From: a virus
Direction: 5' to 3' (one strand)
Virus record (IMG/VR): IMGVR_UViG_3300027792_000010
DNA: 64,000 bases
In this document: one piece after another, positions 1-5,877 of the stretch
How positions within the stretch are numbered: the first letter of the stretch is position 1
Layout: every line of letters begins with the position of its first letter
Position numbers and translations under genes: made by a program
The notes under the pieces: generated by a model
The model's database searches: none
What the model saw: the letters and a program-made list of their open reading frames with translations, nothing else
Told to the model about the DNA's origin: nothing

Positions 1-15
1 TTACCTATGAAAAAA

Positions 16-94
16 TGGTGGGCCTTGAGGGACTTGAACCCCGCTACTTACTGATTATGAGTCAGCTACTCTAAACCAACTGAGTTAAAGGCCC
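16..94 (-). tRNA. tRNA with CAU anticodon, probably Ile2 (lysidine type, reads AUA); elongator Met not excluded
   Basis: Cloverleaf GGGCCTT..AAGGCCC-A-CCA, anticodon arm GCTGA-CTCATAA-TCAGT, T-loop TTCAAGT. G1-C72 is paired, so not an initiator. The GGGCC acceptor resembles Ile2 tRNAs. Confidence 0.85.
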
Positions 95-103
95 GTTATC
101 TAA

Positions 104-616
104 TTAATAAGCTTCACTTTGTGGCACTAATTTTGGTTCACCGTTCTTCATACTTAGATATATAATTCTATATTCCTTGTGTAAAGTAAAAGCCCACCAT
201 TTATATTGCCTCTTCAACCTTGTAGACTTATAGTAAACAATACGTGTGTCATTCATATCTTTATCTAAATAAGTCTGATAATTCTCAAAAATTAAGGACT
301 TAAGATACTTACCTGTGGGATCATTAACATAAAACCTATAATAAGTATCATTTACTTTTATTCCTTGGTAAACAGTAATACTGTCATCTTGTAGTTGAAA
401 AGGAATAACTTTTATCATAGCTACAGGTTCCATCTCGTAGCGATGTGAAGAAACACCTAATGTCGAAGCTAAGAGGGCACCAATAATACTCCCTGCAATA
501 CTCCCAAAAATGGCACCAACCCAAATGTCATACCTCTGATGGCTATTATTAAACACCAAAACAATATTAGCCCCAAAAATAGCACCAGCAATAAGTCCTA
601 GTAGTAAGGTGAGCAT
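104..616 (-). CDS. Hypothetical membrane-anchored protein (glycine-zipper-like N-terminus)
   Basis: 170-aa ORF with two Gly-rich hydrophobic N-terminal helices; AGGAGA SD upstream. Confidence 0.6.
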   Translation of the reverse strand: MLTLLLGLIAGAIFGANIVLVFNNSHQRYDIWVGAIFGSIAGSIIGALLASTLGVSSHRYEMEPVAMIKVIPFQLQDDSITVYQGIKVNDTYYRFYVNDPTGKYLKSLIFENYQTYLDKDMNDTRIVYYKSTRLKRQYKWWAFTLHKEYRIIYLSMKNGEPKLVPQSEAY

Positions 617-617
617 T

Positions 618-782
618 TCAACCTATCTCCTTAAAGTCATCAGGAAGAGGTGATGGTAGAGTAGCCTTATATTCTTCCATAGCTTCTGTCATAAGGTTTT
701 TCAGCTCAGTACCAAAAGTGACTCTATCGTATGACTTTGATTTCTCATCTAAGAAATCAATAAGTTCAAGAATCTTGCTCAT
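618..782 (-). CDS. Small hypothetical protein (54 aa, MSKILELIDFLDEK...)
   Basis: Read by hand (below the ORF-track cutoff); GAGGT SD; directly downstream of a sigma70-like promoter. Confidence 0.55.
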   Translation of the reverse strand: MSKILELIDFLDEKSKSYDRVTFGTELKNLMTEAMEEYKATLPSPLPDDFKEIG

Positions 783-804
783 ATCTACCTCATTGTGTTT
801 TTAC

Positions 805-833
805 AATATACTTTTTGTTAATAGGCTTTTCAA
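805..833 (-). promoter_or_regulatory. Sigma70-type promoter TTGAAA-N17-TATATT
   Basis: Near-consensus -35 and -10 boxes with 17-nt spacing upstream of ORF 782. Confidence 0.6.
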
Positions 834-888
834 ATTAACAAATTAAATACTTTACAATTTCGACTCTATAGTACCTCATTCTTTAATA

Positions 889-1377
889 TTACTTCTGTAT
901 TTTAACGAGTACTATGGGTTTGGTATTCTTTAGTCTTTTGCACCCTTTGAAGTCTTCTGTCTCTAAACATTTATCACACAAGGTTAGTAAATAGCCTGTA
1001 CCCTTATCTACTGCCCTACCCCCTGGATTACTGCAAGCCTCACAAACTGTGAGGGATCTGCTTTCATATTTTGAAACTAACTCAGTGATTTTATTTTTGT
1101 ATGATGGATTTTTTCCCTGCAGTGTTATATAGTACCTCAACCCAGCAAGCTTCTGCTTTATCTGCTCGACTCTTATTACCTTCTCTGTATCAATAGCCGA
1201 TAATTCTTCAGATAGCTTTTCTATTAGCCCCAACCAACCCTTCCAACATTCAATATGATAACTAGTAATAGGAGGGTCTTCGCTCCTACCAGGGGGAAGA
1301 AAAGTATACTCGAAGAGCGCAGGGTACTTGTTGAAGAGTTCTTTTTGTTTCTTTGCAGAAATACTATAGTTTTTCAT
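889..1377 (-). CDS. Conserved phage hypothetical protein (GW..LI / QIKQKLAGLRYY / CEAC motifs)
   Basis: 162-aa ORF resembling a common phage family with a KEKFGGLRFY-like motif and C-terminal Cys pairs. Confidence 0.6.
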   Translation of the reverse strand: MKNYSISAKKQKELFNKYPALFEYTFLPPGRSEDPPITSYHIECWKGWLGLIEKLSEELSAIDTEKVIRVEQIKQKLAGLRYYITLQGKNPSYKNKITELVSKYESRSLTVCEACSNPGGRAVDKGTGYLLTLCDKCLETEDFKGCKRLKNTKPIVLVKIQK

Positions 1378-1412
1378 CCAAAGCTCCTGTATTTAGATCT
1401 CAAGTCTTAAAT

Positions 1413-1441
1413 AATATACTATTTGGAGGGGAGAAATTAAA
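1413..1441 (-). promoter_or_regulatory. Promoter TTTAAT-N17-TATATT containing CCAAATAG-TATATT
   Basis: CCAAATAGTATATT recurs at 3822-3835 and 19975-19988. Confidence 0.5.
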
Positions 1442-1466
1442 AGAAAAGTAAAAATACACCGTTCCT

Positions 1467-2582
1467 TTAAACTTGGATAAATCCAACTTCATAAGGTTTG
1501 TAACGGGCACCGTACAGCCCCGTAAGAAATCGAGTCAATATGTTCACAGCTCCGATCACGTCGGCGTTGCCTATGTGACCACATTTCAGGCACCGGAACA
1601 CTTGTCCTACTCGATTCCCCCTATTGACATGACCACAGCTTGGGCATGTTTGGCTGGTATAATAAGGAGCTACAGTGCGAAAACTAACACGGTTAGTCTC
1701 GCAAGCTTGCTCAAGCCTTTTTAACCAATACCTATACGCCCAAGTGCCGATAGAACGCCGCATATTTTTACTCAAGCGGCGTTTGAGTTTACTTTTGAAA
1801 TTCATGTTCTTAAGAGCTTCAACCACGACTAAATCGATGTGTTTGAACTCTTTGACAATTTCTTGTACAACTTCATCTATTCTTTGTTTAAAAGCTCTAC
1901 GAGCCTGTTTTTGCCCATTAGAGCCATGAGTGCAGCGTTTGATACGTTCAATACAGGCTTCTGTATCTAAACCAAATTGCTGGCCATTATTAATAGAAGC
2001 AAGTGCTTTTATCCCTGTGTCAATACCGATAGCATTTACACCTTCTTTTTTCTTGCCAGCATCTATTTCGAAAGAGAACTGAACATAGTTATCTGTGAGG
2101 ATGTAGGAATTAAGGCGTTTTCCCTGAAGAGCCAATTTATTATAATGTTTATGAAACTTTATAGGTATATCAAGGATTGTATCTTCACCAATAGACTGGA
2201 GATGGAGCCAAGCATCAAATTCTTTAGAGTCCTCTTTTTCCTGAAGATCAGCTATAGTACAGGAAACATAAGCTCTTTTGCCTTTATGAATGGGCATAGA
2301 GATTTTCCAAGGCTTATCTTTCCATCGTTCTTTTACGGCAGTAATCATATCTATAGCTTCTCTGGCTGCGACCTTTCGGAGCCTAGCGGTGAGCCACGTA
2401 CCATGAGGGATGTCAACAATTTCTTTTAAGAGTTCTGATTTAGAAGGAGTTCCATTCTTCCAGAAGTAATTGATAAAAGTGTTACAGACCCGACCATACT
2501 CAGCGAGGACCTTACGAAGCTCGGAGAGTTTGGAGGCTGTAGCAAATTTAAGACTACATTTAGAAGAACGAATCAGTTTCAT
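1467..2582 (-). CDS. tnpB: TnpB RNA-guided endonuclease (IS200/605/607 family), no TnpA partner
   Basis: RuvC-I IGIDTG, RuvC-II VVVE, zinc finger TSQTCPSCGH..FRCLKCGH, RuvC-III NADVIGAVNI. All three acidic residues are present. Confidence 0.9.
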   Translation of the reverse strand: MKLIRSSKCSLKFATASKLSELRKVLAEYGRVCNTFINYFWKNGTPSKSELLKEIVDIPHGTWLTARLRKVAAREAIDMITAVKERWKDKPWKISMPIHKGKRAYVSCTIADLQEKEDSKEFDAWLHLQSIGEDTILDIPIKFHKHYNKLALQGKRLNSYILTDNYVQFSFEIDAGKKKEGVNAIGIDTGIKALASINNGQQFGLDTEACIERIKRCTHGSNGQKQARRAFKQRIDEVVQEIVKEFKHIDLVVVEALKNMNFKSKLKRRLSKNMRRSIGTWAYRYWLKRLEQACETNRVSFRTVAPYYTSQTCPSCGHVNRGNRVGQVFRCLKCGHIGNADVIGAVNILTRFLTGLYGARYKPYEVGFIQV

Positions 2583-2584
2583 AA

Positions 2585-2896
2585 TTAGTCTTTATCTTTA
2601 AACTCAAATTGAATACAGGATACCTCTTCATCTTCAATAACAGGAAGGCCGTATATTTTCATGGACTCTCCTGCTTTTATAGAAATCGCTACAATATCTG
2701 GACAAAATAAAGAAAGCATATTTTTATATGTAGGAGATACTCTAAACCCAGTTAGAATCTTTTTCTGCTCATGAAAACTCTTTTTTACCTCTATCATTTT
2801 ATGCCCAAAATCACACCGTACCAAATTGGCCAAAACTTTAAATTCCGCGGTGCCTGGTAAATCTCTACCGATATTAGAACTCATAAATTCCAGCAT
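2585..2896 (-). CDS. Hypothetical protein
   Basis: 103-aa ORF with AGGAGG SD. Confidence 0.6.
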   Translation of the reverse strand: MLEFMSSNIGRDLPGTAEFKVLANLVRCDFGHKMIEVKKSFHEQKKILTGFRVSPTYKNMLSLFCPDIVAISIKAGESMKIYGLPVIEDEEVSCIQFEFKDKD

Positions 2897-2983
2897 TGAC
2901 TACCTCCTGTTTTAATATTATTTGAGATTTCTTCTTTTTATTTTTGGCACTTCTACGCCAGTAAATTTTTGAAGAAAACGAAG

Positions 2984-3033
<50 letters not shown>

Positions 3034-3082
3034 ATATCCCCGACCAACTCATTCTCATAACTTTTAGGTAAAGTCTCTTCTA

Positions 3083-3283
3083 CTAATAAGTCAAAACAGT
3101 ACCATTTTCATTTAATGTATCATCTATCACTTTTTTATTATTCTCATATGTATTTTTTGGGCATATAACTAAATTTACTTTATTCTTAACTCTTATACCA
3201 GGTCTATCACCCTTTGGTATAACATATACTAGCATATTTCTATCTTCACTCAACGATAATAAAGCTTGGTGTTTTATGTTCAA
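3083..3283 (-). CDS. Hypothetical protein, possibly the 5' part of a frameshifted gene running to 2918
   Basis: 66-aa ORF with AGGAGG SD; a protein-like alternative frame continues past its stop. Confidence 0.5.
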   Translation of the reverse strand: MNIKHQALLSLSEDRNMLVYVIPKGDRPGIRVKNKVNLVICPKNTYENNKKVIDDTLNENGTVLTY

Positions 3284-3325
3284 TATCCGCCTCCTTTTTA
3301 GTGTGAGACGTATTAAAAGCTTATT

Positions 3326-3607
3326 CTATATTTCCACATCCTCTATCAAAGTAGCAAAACAAGGGGTACCATCTCCTACCCACGATCCTATTACGTTAAA
3401 TTCAAAATACTCCTCGGCTTCCTCAGAGGTCATCTTATCCCTCTCCATAAATATTTCTAAACATTTTTTTCTACTAAGGAGGATAAGAGGGGATTGTCCG
3501 AAACGTTCTACCATACCTATGATAGCATCATCTAAATCTGTAGGGTATAAAGCTTCATCATTAATATCACCCATATACTCTAAGAAATCTTTGATCTTAT
3601 TTTCCAT
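3326..3607 (-). CDS. Conserved phage hypothetical protein (DDAIIG..EEAEEYFEFNVIGSWVGDGTP family)
   Basis: Motif pattern widespread in phage small proteins. Confidence 0.7.
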   Translation of the reverse strand: MENKIKDFLEYMGDINDEALYPTDLDDAIIGMVERFGQSPLILLSRKKCLEIFMERDKMTSEEAEEYFEFNVIGSWVGDGTPCFATLIEDVEI

Positions 3608-3629
3608 AATGACCCCCTAATAAAAAAAA

Positions 3630-3732
3630 TACGCCCGGAGTGACTCGAACACTCGACCCATAGCTTCTCTGACAGTCCTACTAACGACTGCCCGAGAAGG
3701 CTATTGCTCTAATCCAACTGAGCTACGGACGC
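3630..3732 (-). tRNA. tRNA-Arg(UCU) with a 28-nt insertion in the anticodon loop; no encoded CCA
   Basis: GCGTCCG acceptor, GCTC/GAGC D-arm, ATAGC-CTTCT[28 nt]AA-GCTAT anticodon arm, GAGTG-TTCGAGT-CACTC T-arm. Confidence 0.8.
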
Positions 3733-3738
3733 ATAATT

Positions 3739-3813
3739 TGGAGCGAGGTGCGGGAGTCAAACCCGCCAGATTCACCTTGGAAGGGTGACGCATAATCGAT
3801 CTGCCTACCCCGC
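3739..3813 (-). tRNA. tRNA-Gly(UCC) with atypical D- and T-loops
   Basis: GCGGGGT/ACCTCGC-T-CCA acceptor; TCACC-CTTCCAA-GGTGA anticodon arm. Confidence 0.85.
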
Positions 3814-3821
3814 ATAATTAT

Positions 3822-3850
3822 AATATACTATTTGGTATTCTAACTTTAAA
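3822..3850 (-). promoter_or_regulatory. Internal promoter TTTAAA-N17-TATATT upstream of tRNA-Gly(UCC) and tRNA-Arg(UCU)
   Basis: 17-nt spacing; contains the recurring CCAAATAG-TATATT motif. Confidence 0.5.
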
Positions 3851-3853
3851 GTA

Positions 3854-3936
3854 TGGAGCCTGGAGAGGGAGTTTCACCCTCTGGTCGCTTTATCCCCGAG
3901 CGAGTGGGGACCCTTAGCTTCAAGAGCTATCCCGGC
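3854..3936 (-). ncRNA. tRNA-like element of undetermined identity ending in T-CCA
   Basis: GCCGGGA/TCCAGGC acceptor (one mismatch), TCCCC/GGGGA stem with 8-nt loop, GAGGG-TGAAACT-CCCTC T-arm, 3' CCA. Confidence 0.5.
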
Positions 3937-4209
3937 ATAACTTTCCATCAAAAACTCATTAAACTTTCTCTCCTGCATAGTAAGCTTATCTTTTTTACTC
4001 CAGTTTGCTCTGCGGGGATTTTTACACATAATACAGGAGCAAAGTTTGGTGGTATCCCTTCTTATTTGAGCTTCCTTCTCTATGAAGTCTGCTCTTTCTT
4101 TTTCTGAGGTTAGCCACTTAGCAGTACTGCCGTAATAACCTAATGCACGTTTTTTCCCCAACTTCTTACCGATGAGGAAGCGTTCACGCTTATCTTTTGG
4201 ATGTGACAT
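3874..4209 (-). CDS. Basic hypothetical protein with CSCxMCxNPR motif
   Basis: 111-aa ORF with AAGGA SD; its last ~21 codons overlap the tRNA-like element. Confidence 0.65.
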   Translation of the reverse strand: MSHPKDKRERFLIGKKLGKKRALGYYGSTAKWLTSEKERADFIEKEAQIRRDTTKLCSCIMCKNPRRANWSKKDKLTMQERKFNEFLMESYAGIALEAKGPHSLGDKATRG

Positions 4210-4236
4210 AATGTATCCTTTCCTGTATTGCGCCCC

Positions 4237-4263
4237 TCACGAGCGCATGCTTATGGATTTCAT
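4237..4263 (-). CDS. Putative 8-aa leader peptide MKSISMRS
   Basis: Strong AAGGAGG SD; the TGA stop lies at the loop of a GC-rich hairpin; in frame with ORF 4209. Confidence 0.35.
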   Translation of the reverse strand: MKSISMRS

Positions 4264-4357
4264 TATGCCCTCCTTTAAAATAAGTTTAATTCGAACCTGG
4301 TAAAGAAGTTCGAAAGCATACCTCTAAAGTACAATTTTAAGTATAAATAAATTACTA

Positions 4358-4430
4358 TGCGGGTGAGGAGAATCGAACTCCTGTCACTACATTGGCAATG
4401 TAGCATACTAAACCGCTGTACTACACCCGC
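4358..4430 (-). tRNA. tRNA-Gly(GCC); no encoded CCA
   Basis: GCGGGTG/CACCCGC acceptor, CTACA-TTGCCAA-TGTAG anticodon arm, AGGAG-TTCGATT-CTCCT T-arm. Confidence 0.9.
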
Positions 4431-4444
4431 TTAAAATTACTTTA

Positions 4445-4521
4445 TGGTGGGCTGTGAGGGACTTGAACCCCCGATCTTCTCGTTATGAGCGAGCTTCTTT
4501 AACCAACTAAGATAACAGCCC
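4445..4521 (-). tRNA. tRNA with CAU anticodon, probably Ile2 (reads AUA)
   Basis: GGGCTGT/ACAGCCC-A-CCA acceptor, CTCG-CTCATAA-CGAG anticodon arm; not initiator-like; AUA codons in the upstream leader support Ile2. Confidence 0.85.
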
Positions 4522-4534
4522 TTAATAAAAGATA

Positions 4535-4606
4535 TACCCCTGCCCGGAGTCGAACCGGGACGCTGACAATGAAAGTGTCAGGACCTAACCGTTAGTCTAC
4601 AGGGGC
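4535..4606 (-). tRNA. tRNA-Glu(UUC); no encoded CCA
   Basis: GCCCCTG/CAGGGGT acceptor, TGACA-CTTTCAT-TGTCA anticodon arm, CCCGG-TTCGACT-CCGGG T-arm. Confidence 0.9.
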
Positions 4607-4643
4607 GTAATTCAATATTCATAATAGATGTCAAAGATCATAT

Positions 4644-4686
4644 AAAACAAAAAACCCCTGCCTGGATTTTATCCTGACAGGGGTTT
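4644..4686 (-). terminator. Intrinsic terminator (attenuator terminator hairpin) upstream of the tRNA cluster
   Basis: AAACCCCTGTC-A-GGAT-AAA-ATCC-A-GGCAGGGGTTT followed by TTTGTTTT. Confidence 0.85.
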
Positions 4687-4721
4687 GAAGTCTTTGTAAT
4701 GATATTATCATCCCCGTCAGG
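4673..4721 (-). promoter_or_regulatory. Antiterminator hairpin CCTGAC-GGGG : CCCC-T-GTCAGG, mutually exclusive with the terminator
   Basis: 10-bp pairing whose 3' strand is the terminator 5' strand and whose 5' strand contains the leader TGA; encloses an ATGAT-AAT-ATCAT hairpin. Confidence 0.75.
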
Positions 4722-4785
4722 TTGGCTTTAGCCTTCCTTCTCCTTCTCTACCCTCTATACCTATGGTAGCTGGGATGTAAAACAT
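4717..4785 (-). CDS. Putative attenuator leader peptide MFYIPATIGIEGREGEGRLKPT (22 aa)
   Basis: AAGGAAAG SD upstream of ATG; codons 8-18 are ATA GGT ATA GAG GGT AGA GAA GGA GAA GGA AGG. Confidence 0.75.
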   Translation of the reverse strand: MFYIPATIGIEGREGEGRLKPT

Positions 4786-4870
4786 GATACTTTCCTTTTT
4801 TATTTGGATAGGTTGCCCGATGGTACCATCCATTTACAATTTATTAACAAATATTATAACTTTCAATATT

Positions 4871-4899
4871 AATATACCATTTTGAGATATAAAGATCAA
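4871..4899 (-). promoter_or_regulatory. Sigma70-type promoter TTGATC-N17-TATATT with extended -10 TG, driving the leader and tRNA operon
   Basis: Exact 17-nt spacer; TGG precedes the -10 box. Confidence 0.7.
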
Positions 4900-4908
4900 T
4901 AAAAAGTT

Positions 4909-5310
4909 TTATGCTAAAGCACTTAGTCCTTTAGGTAACTTTTTCAGAGTATCTTTACGTACTTCTTCCGCTTGATCTATTAGTTTATTTCTATTTTGAC
5001 CAGCATTGAGTTTACTCAAGTAACGTACTAGGTCATGATATTCTGCATCTAACACGTCTTTAGTCTTTGCGGATTGTATATCTATTAATTTAGCTTCTAC
5101 ATCATTCTTTATTCTATTTTGATTAGTTCCTTCGGCTTGTAAGCTACCTATCATAGATAGAAGTGCTAAAGCCGCCCCGCCTATTACTTTCCCGAACATC
5201 CCTGCTTCAATACTATTTGCAGCAGCATCTAACATTTCAGCTTCTTTAATTAATCCCTTACTTTCAAGTGAGTTTGCGACTACATCTAAAATAGCAATTA
5301 CTTCTTTCAT
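4909..5310 (-). CDS. Hypothetical protein with LESKGLIKEA motif
   Basis: The N-terminal ~35-aa motif is shared with ORFs at 5873, 7140, 17279 and 21856. Confidence 0.65.
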   Translation of the reverse strand: MKEVIAILDVVANSLESKGLIKEAEMLDAAANSIEAGMFGKVIGGAALALLSMIGSLQAEGTNQNRIKNDVEAKLIDIQSAKTKDVLDAEYHDLVRYLSKLNAGQNRNKLIDQAEEVRKDTLKKLPKGLSALA

Positions 5311-5873
5311 GGCATATCTCCTGTTTTTAACTTTTCAAGGGTATATCTATAAAATAATTTTTCTATTGGTCCTGGTAATTTTTTATCTACTAATAAAAAA
5401 TTTACCATCATAGCAAAAGCCTCATGCGGTGTATTTTTCAAAGGTTTTTCTGCTTCTTCTACGATTTTTGGGGTTATTACATGACTAAAATAAGATCCGT
5501 TACCTAAATACCTATCAAGCCAGTGTCCAAGTTCGTGAGCTACAAAATCTTCTATAGTAGCTCCTATTTTTTTTAGACCTTCAAAGTCTATGTACAGGAC
5601 TCTGTTTTTTAAATCTATATACCCAGGTTCCCCTTTTGATTTAGTTTCATCATACTGTGGGTGTTGATTTGTTCTAAATTCATTTATACCTGGGAATATA
5701 TTAAATACTTTTTTAAAATCATTTATAACTTTTTTAGCTATGCTTTGATAATTAAGATACTCCATAGCATTAGCTGTAATATCTATACTATAGGCTTCTT
5801 TTATAAAACCTTTTTCTTCTATAGATGATGCTATACCATCTAATAGTATTGCTATTTTTTTATAATTTATCAT
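5307..5873 (-). CDS. Protein with KEA motif and zincin-like metallopeptidase motif
   Basis: HELGH (HExxH) plus downstream PHEAFA; N-terminal IEEKGFIKEA. Confidence 0.55.
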   Translation of the reverse strand: MINYKKIAILLDGIASSIEEKGFIKEAYSIDITANAMEYLNYQSIAKKVINDFKKVFNIFPGINEFRTNQHPQYDETKSKGEPGYIDLKNRVLYIDFEGLKKIGATIEDFVAHELGHWLDRYLGNGSYFSHVITPKIVEEAEKPLKNTPHEAFAMMVNFLLVDKKLPGPIEKLFYRYTLEKLKTGDMP

Positions 5874-5877
5874 CTAA

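Noticed and set aside
16-94. Initiator tRNA-fMet identity for the CAU tRNAs (also 4445-4521)
   Set aside because: Both have a paired G1-C72 and lack the three consecutive G-C pairs in the anticodon stem.
1473-2429. Plus-strand ORFs opposite tnpB
   Set aside because: Shadow frames antisense to a well-supported gene, with no SD or motifs.
3630-3732. Group I intron or canonical archaeal BHB intron in tRNA-Arg
   Set aside because: 28 nt is too short for a ribozyme, and manual pairing does not yield the 3-4-3 BHB at 37/38.
3853-4107. Plus-strand 84-aa ORF
   Set aside because: Antisense to the tRNA-like element and ORF 4209, with no supporting motif.
4237-4239. Selenocysteine recoding of the UGA in the mini-leader
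   Set aside because: The hairpin encloses the UGA rather than following it as a bacterial SECIS does, and no tRNA-Sec or SelB is seen.
4717-4833. Longer 38-aa version of the leader starting at in-frame ATG 4833
   Set aside because: No SD precedes it and it lies in a hairpin. ATG 4785 has a proper SD. The control codons are the same either way.
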